The translations under genes were made by a program, and so were the position numbers. Below, in pieces: positions 1 through 10,004 of a stretch of DNA of 64,000 nt. The DNA lies in NCBI GenBank assembly GCA_000830295.1, contig CP010425.1, forward strand, positions 64,001-128,000, given 5' to 3'. This stretch comes from an archaeon GW2011_AR15. Its GTDB lineage: Archaea; Nanobdellota; Nanobdellia; Woesearchaeales; GW2011-AR15. Under the pieces are notes generated by a model. That model worked only from the letters and a program-made list of their open reading frames with translations. It did no database searches and was not told the origin of the DNA. How positions within the stretch are numbered: position 1 is the first letter of the stretch; every line of letters starts with the position of its first letter.

Positions 1-906
1 TATAAAAATCTCTGAAAAATTCCCCCATGTAAGGAAATACTGTATAAATTCTTCTGAAAGCACCATGAGGACAAGCGAGCAGGGAACAGCAACAAGGGCA
101 GTGTATTCAATCAGCCTTATCAGGTTGAATTTGAAGACATCATAGCCCATCTCAGCAAACTTATTCTGGAGATGGCCGGCAAGGAAAAGAGTGATGTTCC
201 TGTATAAGAAAGAGCCTATGACAAATGAGATGAAAAGGAAGGAAAACTCCCTGAGGCCTATGAAAAACCCGGTGAGGATAAGCACCACATAGACAAGGTC
301 AATCCCCAGCATGCCTTTCCAGAGCTGAATTAAAATCCTGTTCAGCTCTGCCCTGTGCTTTTCCAGTTTTATCTTTATCGGGAAGTTTTTCCAGAGCAGG
401 AAGGCTGCAATTGCCTGCACTGCCAGATATCCTGCAATAGCTGAGTAAAATCCGAATTTAAAGAGCACAAGCACAGCCATGAGGGGCAGGGCAATCGTAT
501 ATGCCCTTGAATATGCCCTGTAAACTTTTTTGGGAGACTTGTCCAGGTAATAGACCTCAGGCATTGTCTTCAGCCCTATGAATATTGCAATGGCTGATGA
601 GAGCATAAATGATATGTAAAGCTGGCTGGAGACTGAGGAAAGCAGGATCATGATGCCTGCTATTACAATTCCCAGGAATATTGAGATTATGTTCAGGACA
701 TTATAGAATTTATTCTCTTCATTTTCCCCGCTGCTGTGCCTGGCTGTGTCCAGGAAGGATGTCAGAAAAGTCAGCGTCAGCAGGGGGATGAATGCGATTG
801 CGAAATCAGGCCTTGAGAGGAACCTTGCAAAGAAAAGTATGGCAATTATTTCCAAAGATTTCCAAAGATAGAAATATCCTACCTTGCTTAATTTCCTGGC
901 TGCCAT
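1..906 (-). CDS. Polytopic membrane protein, possibly Wzx/MATE-like oligosaccharide flippase (3' end runs off the window)
   Basis: Not in the ORF track. ATG at 906 opens a frame (MAARKLSKVGYFYLWKSLEIIAILFFARFLSRPDF...) with many hydrophobic segments and no stop before position 1. Confidence 0.5.
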   Translation of the reverse strand, partial: MAARKLSKVGYFYLWKSLEIIAILFFARFLSRPDFAIAFIPLLTLTFLTSFLDTARHSSGENEENKFYNVLNIISIFLGIVIAGIMILLSSVSSQLYISFMLSSAIAIFIGLKTMPEVYYLDKSPKKVYRAYSRAYTIALPLMAVLVLFKFGFYSAIAGYLAVQAIAAFLLWKNFPIKIKLEKHRAELNRILIQLWKGMLGIDLVYVVLILTGFFIGLREFSFLFISFVIGSFLYRNITLFLAGHLQNKFAEMGYDVFKFNLIRLIEYTALVAVPCSLVLMVLSEEFIQYFLTWGNFSEIFI

Positions 907-946
907 ATATGCTGATTAAGGGTTATTCACTATAAATATTTTTGCA

Positions 947-1597
947 TTATTTATTCTCAGCAAAAGCAAATCCCAGCTCTTTTCCTGTCCGGGGGTCTTT
1001 GACCCTTGAAGTCATATCCACGCTATCTGCAGCAACCGCCAGCTTTTTCGGCGGCCTGCTCTTGTGGTGCACCCTTGCAATTATCTCCTGACCGACAAAG
1101 CATCCCTTCTGGTAGGAAACATAATCCTCTGAGACATTCAGGAGCATCTCGCTGTCATAGTCAATGCCGTGGAGCGGGATATTGTTCTTCAGCCTGAAAA
1201 GAGTAAACTCCTCATCTGAAACAGTTGTTTCCAGCTCTTTTTCTGTAATGACCAGCTGCCCTTTTTTCTGGGGGATTGCGATGCCCTCTCTTATTTTGCC
1301 ATCCAGGTCAAAATAAACTTTCAGTTTTGTTTTCCCGGCCTCTGCCTTGACCAGCTTCATGTATTTTTCAATGGCTGCCATGAGCCTGCCGTAGAATTTC
1401 GGGTTGATGATGATAAAAAATTCCTCTCCTTTCCTGAACTGCTCAAACGTGACTATTATCTTTCCAAATCTGTCAAGCAGCGCATTCCTGTCAGCATCCA
1501 GGGTATTTGAGGTTACATTTCCCAGAAGCCTGTCTGCCCTGGTTATTTTCAGGACAAGCTTGTCCAGCCTGTAGATTCTTTCCATCTGATTCTGCAT
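947..1597 (-). CDS. YgfZ/GcvT-like folate-binding protein
   Basis: KGCFVGQEIIAR matches the YgfZ KGCYxGQE signature; ITRADR...LLGNVTSN N-terminus. Confidence 0.8.
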   Translation of the reverse strand: MQNQMERIYRLDKLVLKITRADRLLGNVTSNTLDADRNALLDRFGKIIVTFEQFRKGEEFFIIINPKFYGRLMAAIEKYMKLVKAEAGKTKLKVYFDLDGKIREGIAIPQKKGQLVITEKELETTVSDEEFTLFRLKNNIPLHGIDYDSEMLLNVSEDYVSYQKGCFVGQEIIARVHHKSRPPKKLAVAADSVDMTSRVKDPRTGKELGFAFAENK

Positions 1598-1678
1598 CCC
1601 GTAGAGGGAAAATGGCTGAGCGTTTAAATAAATTTGTGTAAAAGTTTAAATATGAGAATGAGCATTAAATGGTGCTGA

Positions 1679-2311
1679 ATGGGGTTTATAGCGGCTGCAG
1701 TAGAGCATGGCACATTTACAGCAGATTACGACAAGTTTCTGAATGATCATTACAACCGTTCCCTCTCCCCGCTTCTAAGGAGGCTTGCCAGAAAAAAAGA
1801 GATTATTGACAAGTCTTTTTTTGAGTCCTGCTATGCGCTCTATTCCCTTGGCCTTGATACAAGCAAAGAAAAAAATGCCGCATTTTACGACAGAGGGTTC
1901 TACAGGCTGATAAGGGTAGCGAGGAATGTCAATAATATAGGCTACAGAGACAGGATAGAAGAAGCTCATTCGGATTTCCCGATGTGGCTTCTCCCTACTG
2001 AGTTTATGAGCAGAACCATGCTTGAAGCAGAATATGTCTACAGCCTGCTCTACGATACCGACACAGAGCCGGAGATAAGAAGGACCCTTGATAGTGTTTT
2101 CCTCGGTTCTTATTATTTCGGCAGGGGGCGCTACGGGAGCACAGTGCACACCGGCCTCCTTATGATGGAAATAAAGGCAAAGCACGCAATCGGGAGAGAC
2201 CTGGCTGAGAAATATTTCTACGGCAACGGGCTCGATAAGAAACTGAAGCAGATGGCCTTCGACAAAAGGATAGATGAGATTGCTAAAATATATCTGAACA
2301 ATCAAACATAG
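1679..2311 (+). CDS. Hypothetical protein
   Basis: 210 aa ORF with a TTTAAATA box upstream; no recognisable motif. Confidence 0.6.
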   Translation: MGFIAAAVEHGTFTADYDKFLNDHYNRSLSPLLRRLARKKEIIDKSFFESCYALYSLGLDTSKEKNAAFYDRGFYRLIRVARNVNNIGYRDRIEEAHSDFPMWLLPTEFMSRTMLEAEYVYSLLYDTDTEPEIRRTLDSVFLGSYYFGRGRYGSTVHTGLLMMEIKAKHAIGRDLAEKYFYGNGLDKKLKQMAFDKRIDEIAKIYLNNQT

Positions 2312-2390
2312 CCCCGCAGTTAGGGCAGAGAACCTTGCAGTGCCTTTCATACATCTCATAGCCGCATCGTACACAGTGCATTTTCTTCAT
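2283..2390 (-). CDS. Small CxxCG zinc-finger micro-protein (35 aa)
   Basis: Manual translation: MKKMHCVRCGYEMYERHCKVLCPNCGAMFDCSDIF, with two CxxCG knuckles; below the ORF-track cutoff. Confidence 0.75.
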   Translation of the reverse strand: MKKMHCVRCGYEMYERHCKVLCPNCGAMFDCSDIF

Positions 2391-2516
2391 AGATAGAGAA
2401 AAGCAGCATTGCAATATAATATTTTTTAATTTTTAAGTTATCAGAGGGAAGTATCCCTCCGAACCACCCTCTGCTTATTCGAAACTTTTTTAATCTGGAA
2501 GGTTATTGGATAGGCT

Positions 2517-3065
2517 ATGAAGATAAAAATAGGCGTGATGGGCTCTTCTGAAAAAATCAATGATATGACTCTCGTGCGCAGGGCCAGGGAAGTTGGAAAG
2601 CATATTGCCAGGCACAACTGCATCCTTGTAAATGGGGCAACAACAGGTCTGCCTGACCAGGCTGCGCAGGGCGCAAAAGAGGCAGGCGGATTTGTCCTTG
2701 GGATTTCCCCGGCCGAGAACATGAAGGAGCACAAGAAAAGGTACAAGCTTCCTTCAAAAGGATATGACGCAATAATATTCACCGGATTCGGATTCAACCA
2801 GAGGAACATCCTCAACATAAGGACTTCTGATGCCCTTGTTTTCTTAAGGGGCTCTCTGGGAACACTGAATGAGTTCACAATTGCATTTGAGGACGGGAAG
2901 GTTATAGGCGTCCTGGAAAACATGGGCGGGATATCCAGCTTCTTTGACGAGCTTATCCAGCTTACAAAAAAGAAGACAGGAGCAAAGATAATCTACGAGG
3001 CAGACCCAAAAATTCTCATCAGCAGGCTTGTAAAGGAAGTAAAAGCAAGAGACAGCCGGCGCTGA
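2517..3065 (+). CDS. LOG/SLOG-family Rossmann-fold nucleotide-binding protein
   Basis: IGVMGSS, GATTGLP, RNILNI, GSLGTLNEF motifs. Confidence 0.85.
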   Translation: MKIKIGVMGSSEKINDMTLVRRAREVGKHIARHNCILVNGATTGLPDQAAQGAKEAGGFVLGISPAENMKEHKKRYKLPSKGYDAIIFTGFGFNQRNILNIRTSDALVFLRGSLGTLNEFTIAFEDGKVIGVLENMGGISSFFDELIQLTKKKTGAKIIYEADPKILISRLVKEVKARDSRR

Positions 3066-3238
3066 TGTGTCCTAAACAACAGAAATAATTATAAACAAAA
3101 AAATATATCTCCTTATTTTCAGAATGAGCAATACAGGCTGTTCTGAAAAAATTTCTCAGGCACTTTGCTTTGTTCATCGCGTTAAGTCAGCAGGTTAGGG
3201 AATAAAATAAGGGGGTAGCAGCTCTTCAGGGAGAGTGA

Positions 3239-4165
<927 letters not shown>

Positions 4166-4166
4166 A

Positions 4167-4622
4167 ATGGCAGAAGAAAAAGTCGTGAAGATGGCTGTAA
4201 CTGCGCTGAAAGAGGGTACTGTGATAGACCACGTACCTGCGGGCCAGGTTTTCAAGGTTGTTGATGTCATGAACCTCTATGAGTACAAGAAGGCGCTGAG
4301 GATCGGCATGTATCTTGACAGCAAAACCTATGGAAAAAAAGATATCCTGAAGATTGAGGACAGGTATCTCACCCAGGACGAGGCCAATATGATTGCGCTA
4401 ATAGCGCCGAATGCCACGATAAACATAATCAAGGACTGGAAGGTCGCAAAGAAAATACAGGTCTCTGTCCCAGATGTTGTGACAGGGCTGAGGTGCGGCA
4501 ACCCGAGATGCATAACAAGGTATGATAAAATAAAGACCGTGTTCAGCGTGCTGGACAAAAAAACCCTGAAAGTAAGGTGCCACTACTGCGAGCATGTTTT
4601 CGGGAAAGAGGAAGTGATCTGA
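4167..4622 (+). CDS. pyrI: Aspartate carbamoyltransferase regulatory subunit
   Basis: GTVIDH, GKKDILKIE, Zn motifs CGNPRCIT and CHYCE; directly follows pyrB. Confidence 0.95.
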   Translation: MAEEKVVKMAVTALKEGTVIDHVPAGQVFKVVDVMNLYEYKKALRIGMYLDSKTYGKKDILKIEDRYLTQDEANMIALIAPNATINIIKDWKVAKKIQVSVPDVVTGLRCGNPRCITRYDKIKTVFSVLDKKTLKVRCHYCEHVFGKEEVI

Positions 4623-5527
4623 TGAAAAAAGATTTCCTGAAGATGACCGACCTGACATCTCAGGAGCTGAAAGAAGTTATTGAGCTGGCTGTCCGGATAA
4701 AAAAAAATCCTGAGAAGTATTCCAAGAGTCTTTCCGGTAAAACTTTGCTGATGATTTTCGCCAAGCCTTCACTGAGGACAAGGGTGAGCTTTGAGACAGG
4801 CATGACAAAGTTAGGGGGGCATGCAATATATTATGACATTGCGACTTCTCCTCTCGGCAGGGGCGAGACAATAGCTGATACTGCAAAGTGCTCTTCGCGC
4901 TATGTTGATATTATCTCTGCCAGGCTGTTTGAGCATGCTGATATTGTTGAACTGGCTAAGAATTCAGATGCCCCTGTCATAAACATGCTTACAAATCTTA
5001 CACACCCGTGCCAGGGGCTTGCTGATTTGATGACAATTAAGGAAAAGAAAGGAAAGCTGGAAGGGCTTAAGCTGGCATACCTGGGCGACGGGAACAATAA
5101 TGTAACCCATTCTCTCCTGCTTGGCTGCGCTTTGAGCGGGATTAATATTTCTGTTGCAAGCCCCGAGGGAATGATGCCTGATGCTTCAATTGTTGCAGAG
5201 GCAAAGAAATTGGGAAAGGTTGTGATTACGCATAATGCCGGGGAAGCGGCAAAAGACGCAGATGTCATTGTCACAGACACATGGATGAGCTACCACATCA
5301 GGCCCGAGAAAAAAGAAGAAAGGGTGAAAAAATTCAGGCCATACCAGGTCAATTCCAAGATAATGAAGCTGGCAAAGAAGGATGCCATTTTCATGCACTG
5401 CCTTCCTGCCTACAGGGATTATGAAGTAACTGCAGAGGTCATAGACGGCCCCCAGTCAGTTGTTTTTGACGAGGCAGAAAACAGGATGTGGACTGAGATG
5501 GCGCTTATGGTTGCACTGCTAAAATGA
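4622..5527 (+). CDS. argF: Ornithine carbamoyltransferase
   Basis: SLRTRVSF, HPCQ, DTWMS, FMHCLPA, FDEAENR; start moved to ATG 4622, which overlaps the pyrI stop. Confidence 0.88.
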   Translation: MKKDFLKMTDLTSQELKEVIELAVRIKKNPEKYSKSLSGKTLLMIFAKPSLRTRVSFETGMTKLGGHAIYYDIATSPLGRGETIADTAKCSSRYVDIISARLFEHADIVELAKNSDAPVINMLTNLTHPCQGLADLMTIKEKKGKLEGLKLAYLGDGNNNVTHSLLLGCALSGINISVASPEGMMPDASIVAEAKKLGKVVITHNAGEAAKDADVIVTDTWMSYHIRPEKKEERVKKFRPYQVNSKIMKLAKKDAIFMHCLPAYRDYEVTAEVIDGPQSVVFDEAENRMWTEMALMVALLK

Positions 5528-6744
5528 TAATAAAGGGCGGGAATGTTTTTCTTGACAGCAGGTTTGTTAAGAGGGATCTTTTTATTTCAGGGGAAAAGAT
5601 AGTTTCTTCTTCATCCGGTGAAGTTATAGATGCTTCAGGAAAATATGTTGTGCCCGGCCTGGTTGACATGCATGTACATTTCCGAGATTTTGGCGAGGAG
5701 CATAAGGAAGATTGGAGGAGCGGCTCTGAGGCTGCTCTTGCTGGAGGGATTACGACTGTGTTTGACATGCCCAACAATAAGGTTCCGATAACTTCTAAAA
5801 AGCTTTTAGATCAAAAGAGAGACAAAGTTTCTTCCAAAGCCCTTGTTGATTTTGAGCTATATATTTCTGTGAACAATTCCAATGTTGATGAGATTAATGA
5901 GAACAAAATTAAATTTGTCAAGCTGTATTACGGCCATACAACAGGGGATAATAAGGTTGATGATGCCGGGGATATCTTCAAGAGAATCTCAAAGGATATT
6001 GTGATAGTTGTCCATGCCGAGGATAACAGGGTGATGGAGGAGAACAGGAAGAAGTTTGATGTTTCAGAGAAGAGATATCATTCTCTGGTCAGGGATAATA
6101 AAGCAGAATACACTGCTGTAAAGGATTTGATTGGGTTTGCTGAGAGGTATGGCAATAAACTGCATATTACCCATGTGAGCTGCAAGGAATCTGCTGAAAT
6201 GATAAAAAATGCTAAGAAGAGAGGAGTTAAGGTTACCTGTGATACCTGTCCGCACTATCTTTTTTTAGATGATTCGCTTTATGATAAGATAGGGAACAGG
6301 GCAAAGGTAAACCCTGCCCTGAAGTCTGGAGAAGACAGAGAAGCATTGTGGAAATATCTGAATGACGGAACAATAGATTGTGTGTGTAGTGATCATGCGC
6401 CACATACATTGGAGGAGAAAAACAGGGATTATGAGAATTGCCCTTCCGGCTTTCCCGGAGTCGAGACAACACTGCCTTTAATGCTCACTGCTGTAAATGA
6501 GGGAAAGATAAAGCTTGAAGATTTTATTCCAAAGATGACAACAGCGCCTGCAAAGATATTCGGCCTGGAGAGAAAAGGACAGCTTAAAGAAGGTTTTGAT
6601 GCTGACGTTGTTATTATTGATTTGAACAAGGAAGGAGCTATCTCCGGCAACAAATTGCAGACAAAGGTTAAGTGGAGTCCGTTTGAGGGGATGAAAACAC
6701 AGGGGAGTAGCGTTAGAGTAATTATTACTGACAAAGTATATTAG
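5524..6744 (+). CDS. pyrC: Dihydroorotase
   Basis: DMHVHFRD, DMPNN, KVNPALK, SDHAPH motifs; pyr context. Confidence 0.92.
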   Translation: MIIKGGNVFLDSRFVKRDLFISGEKIVSSSSGEVIDASGKYVVPGLVDMHVHFRDFGEEHKEDWRSGSEAALAGGITTVFDMPNNKVPITSKKLLDQKRDKVSSKALVDFELYISVNNSNVDEINENKIKFVKLYYGHTTGDNKVDDAGDIFKRISKDIVIVVHAEDNRVMEENRKKFDVSEKRYHSLVRDNKAEYTAVKDLIGFAERYGNKLHITHVSCKESAEMIKNAKKRGVKVTCDTCPHYLFLDDSLYDKIGNRAKVNPALKSGEDREALWKYLNDGTIDCVCSDHAPHTLEEKNRDYENCPSGFPGVETTLPLMLTAVNEGKIKLEDFIPKMTTAPAKIFGLERKGQLKEGFDADVVIIDLNKEGAISGNKLQTKVKWSPFEGMKTQGSSVRVIITDKVY

Positions 6745-6754
6745 AGCAAAACGG

Positions 6755-7309
6755 CTACGCAGTAATCCTGCTGTTTCTCAGAGCATTCTGGTACCAAGCT
6801 AGATTCGCACTAATGAGCTGGCTGTTTTGTTCCGATGGTAGCTTTAATACATCAACGCCATATTTCCCCAAAACATAAAACGCCCCTATATCAGCAACCA
6901 GTTCTTTTTCATCGTGAGAGCATTTTTCAAAATGCTCATATCCACTAAGTTCTATATCAAGTCCTTTCTGCTCTAGTTTTTCCTGGAGCAGATAGATTTG
7001 CCCTATCGCGTGCAGGACATGAGCCTGCTCATGCCCAAGCCTGTATAGGTTAGTTATGTTGCTGGCAGAATACTGGTAGAAAGCAATCCATATTGTATTA
7101 TTGTCTAAAGTTAAAGACATAACTCTTGCCCCTGGTTTTTCATGCCTGTATTTTTCCAGCTCTTTCTCTATCCCTTCTTCAGAGCCCATCCACATTTTGT
7201 ACACTTGTTTTGTAAACTCTGTGACATCAGGGACAAAGCCAAGATCCAGATAAGCATGGTTCTCTCTCTGCACTGTTATTCCTAAAGCTGTCAGTTGAAT
7301 ATCAGTCAT
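6755..7309 (-). CDS. Hypothetical protein with HExxH zinc-metallopeptidase-like motif
   Basis: LGHEQAHVLH and a downstream ELVAD segment. Confidence 0.55.
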   Translation of the reverse strand: MTDIQLTALGITVQRENHAYLDLGFVPDVTEFTKQVYKMWMGSEEGIEKELEKYRHEKPGARVMSLTLDNNTIWIAFYQYSASNITNLYRLGHEQAHVLHAIGQIYLLQEKLEQKGLDIELSGYEHFEKCSHDEKELVADIGAFYVLGKYGVDVLKLPSEQNSQLISANLAWYQNALRNSRITA

Positions 7310-7356
7310 AACCAGGCAAAAACAACTGCAATTTATAAATATTATTGTTTTAGTTA

Positions 7357-8427
7357 CTACTCAGTACTAACATCTATCCCGACAGCCTCTCTGACATTCC
7401 TGAAGCCGTCCCTCTTCAGAAATCCCACAATCCCTCTGTTTATGTTTTTAGCCATCATAGGCCCTTCATAAATAAACCCGGTATAGACCTGGACCAAAGA
7501 AGCGCCTGCCTTAATCTTCTCATAAGCATCCTCTGCTGTGAACACTCCGCCTACTCCGATAATAGGCAGCTTCCCTTTTGTCTTCTTATAGATATGCCTG
7601 ATAAACTCTGTTGCTGTCCTTGTCAATGGCCTGCCGCTCAACCCTCCGGCCTCATTTATTTTAGTCCTCAGCCCTTTCCTCGAAACTGTGCCGTTGACAG
7701 CTATCACGCCTGATATTTTTGTCTGCATGCACACATCAACAAATTCATCCAGCTCTTCCCACGTCAGGTCAGGCGAGACCTTGACGAACAGGGGCTTATT
7801 CTTCCTGTTGGCCTTCTGCAGTGTTTTTATTATTTTCAATAAACTGCTCTTGTCCTGCAGCTTCCTCAGCCCCTGTGTATTAGGGGAGGAAACATTTATT
7901 GTCATGAAATCAGCAAAATCATAGAGCTTCTCATAGGTATAGAGATAATCCAAATAAGCCTCTTCAAGGGAGGTGTCTTTTGATTTCCCGATATTGAGCC
8001 CGACTATGAGCCTCTTATGTTTCACAGCTCTTAATTTCCCGGCTGCCCTGTCCGCGCCCATGTTGTTGAAGCCCATCCTGTTTATCAGGGCAAGGTCCTT
8101 CGGTAGCCTGAATATCCTCGGCTTCTCATTTCCCGGCTGCTCATTCCTTGTTATTGCGCCTACCTCAATGTGGCCGAAGCCAAGGGAGGGCATAATCTCT
8201 ATCAGCCTGCATTCCTTGTCAAAGCCTGCAGCTATGCCCATGGGATTGTCAAACTTCATGCCTGCGACCTCTGTCCTCAGCATCGGATGGGAGTAGCCAT
8301 AGAGTGATTTCAGCAGGCGTCTGGTCAGGGCAAATTTCCCGAAAAAAGAGAGTGAAGACGAGACAAAACCATGGATTTTTTCAGGGTCGGCTTTGAAAAG
8401 AATCGGCCTTATAATAGCTTTATACAT
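7357..8427 (-). CDS. pyrD: Dihydroorotate dehydrogenase, class 2 (quinone-type)
   Basis: N-terminal extension with DPEKIH, AAGFDK, INRMGFNN, Ser active-site NVSSPNT, GGLSG; start moved to ATG 8427. Confidence 0.93.
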   Translation of the reverse strand: MYKAIIRPILFKADPEKIHGFVSSSLSFFGKFALTRRLLKSLYGYSHPMLRTEVAGMKFDNPMGIAAGFDKECRLIEIMPSLGFGHIEVGAITRNEQPGNEKPRIFRLPKDLALINRMGFNNMGADRAAGKLRAVKHKRLIVGLNIGKSKDTSLEEAYLDYLYTYEKLYDFADFMTINVSSPNTQGLRKLQDKSSLLKIIKTLQKANRKNKPLFVKVSPDLTWEELDEFVDVCMQTKISGVIAVNGTVSRKGLRTKINEAGGLSGRPLTRTATEFIRHIYKKTKGKLPIIGVGGVFTAEDAYEKIKAGASLVQVYTGFIYEGPMMAKNINRGIVGFLKRDGFRNVREAVGIDVSTE

Positions 8428-8512
8428 GCTAAAATGATAATAAGCCCAAGGTAGTATATATAATTGATTGTTGGATAAAAAATATAAACTAAGGATTTTT
8501 ACCTTATCCCAA

Positions 8513-9154
8513 ATGAAAGAGAGAGTCGCTGAGATACTTCTTAAGATAAAAGCTGTCGAGATATGCCCAAACAGCCCTTTCACGTACACATCAGGCATGA
8601 TAAGCCCGATCTACATAGACAACAGGAAGATAATCTCCTATCCTGAAGAGAGAAGAAAGATACTTGAAGACCTGTGCGTCCTGATAGGCTCCCTCAATAT
8701 AAAATTTGATGTGATTGCAGGAGTGGCGACAGCAGGCATACACTGGGCAGCATGGCTCTCAGAAAAATACAACAAGCCCATGGTATACATAAGGGACAGC
8801 GCAAAGGGCCATGGAAAGCAGAACCAGATCGAAGGCTATCTGGAAAAAGGAAAGAAAGTCCTTGTCATAGAGGACCACATAAGCACAGGCGGAAGCTCAA
8901 TAGCTGCTGTGAAGGCTGTAAGGGAGTTTGGCTGCGAAGTGACTGACTGCATTGCAATAACAACATATGAATTCAGGGAAGCAAAGGAAAAATTTGATGA
9001 GGAAAAATGCGGCCTGCATACGCTGACTGATTTCACGACCCTGATAAAGACAGCTGCTGAAAAGGGATATATCAGCAGTGAAGACGAGAAAAAAGTGCTG
9101 GAATGGAATAAATCCCCCCAGAAATGGGGAAAAAAGCACGGCTTTGAAAAATGA
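8513..9154 (+). CDS. pyrE: Orotate phosphoribosyltransferase
   Basis: SPIYIDNR, KGHGK loop, VIEDHISTGGS PRPP motif. Confidence 0.95.
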   Translation: MKERVAEILLKIKAVEICPNSPFTYTSGMISPIYIDNRKIISYPEERRKILEDLCVLIGSLNIKFDVIAGVATAGIHWAAWLSEKYNKPMVYIRDSAKGHGKQNQIEGYLEKGKKVLVIEDHISTGGSSIAAVKAVREFGCEVTDCIAITTYEFREAKEKFDEEKCGLHTLTDFTTLIKTAAEKGYISSEDEKKVLEWNKSPQKWGKKHGFEK

Positions 9155-9969
9155 GCTATCTTGACATCCTGAAAGAGAAAGCAGAAGAAGCAAACAGCAT
9201 CCTCTGCTTCGGCATTGACCCTGTGCTTGAGAAGATGCCTGAGAAAGATATTGTAAACTTCTATTCAGACATATTTAACGCTATGGAAGGCGAGGATGTT
9301 TCTGTCCCATCAGTAAAGCCGAACATTGCATTCTTTGAACAGTACGGACTGGAGGGATTATCCTCATTAAAGAAATTGCTTGAAGACATAAAAAAAAGAG
9401 ACATCAGCATCATACTTGACGCAAAGAGGGGAGACATAGGGACAACAGCAAAGGCCTATGCAAAATCTGTTTTTGAATACTGGCAGGCAGATGCAGTAAC
9501 CCTTCACCCCTATCTCGGCCATGATTCAATATCTCCCTTCCTTGAATACAAAAACAAGGGCGCATATGTGCTCAACAGGACTTCCAACAAAAGTGCTGTT
9601 GAGGTGCAGGATCTGAAATCAGACGGCAAGCCTGTCTATGAAAAAGTCTCTGAATTAATACTGAAATGGCATTCTCCCGGGCTTGGCTCTGTAATAGGCG
9701 CAACATATCCTAAAGAGCTTGAGCATCTCTCAAATTTATTTGTAAAATCAGGAAAACAGGTGCCATTATTGATCCCCGGAGTCGGAAGCCAGGGAGGAAG
9801 CGCTGAGGAGGTTGTTTCCATTCTGAAAAAGACAAACAATCCTCTTTGGCTGCACAGGGTCAACAGCTCTTCGGGCATAAGCTATGCCTATCTGGAAAAA
9901 GACACTGGTGATTATGCAGGCGCGGCTGTTAAAGAGATGAAAAGGCTGAATAAAATTCTGAAATTATAG
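9151..9969 (+). CDS. pyrF: Orotidine-5'-phosphate decarboxylase
   Basis: CFGIDP, KPNIAFFE, LDAKRGDIGTT, LIPGVGSQGG. Confidence 0.95.
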   Translation: MSYLDILKEKAEEANSILCFGIDPVLEKMPEKDIVNFYSDIFNAMEGEDVSVPSVKPNIAFFEQYGLEGLSSLKKLLEDIKKRDISIILDAKRGDIGTTAKAYAKSVFEYWQADAVTLHPYLGHDSISPFLEYKNKGAYVLNRTSNKSAVEVQDLKSDGKPVYEKVSELILKWHSPGLGSVIGATYPKELEHLSNLFVKSGKQVPLLIPGVGSQGGSAEEVVSILKKTNNPLWLHRVNSSSGISYAYLEKDTGDYAGAAVKEMKRLNKILKL

Positions 9970-10004
9970 AAAGGCTTAAATAATACTACCTTTCAATAGT
10001 AACA

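Noticed and set aside
2442-2474. Alternative hairpins (GAGGGA/TCCCTC and CAGAGGG/CCCTCTG) upstream of the LOG gene
   Set aside because: Single short instance with no second copy noticed; could be chance.
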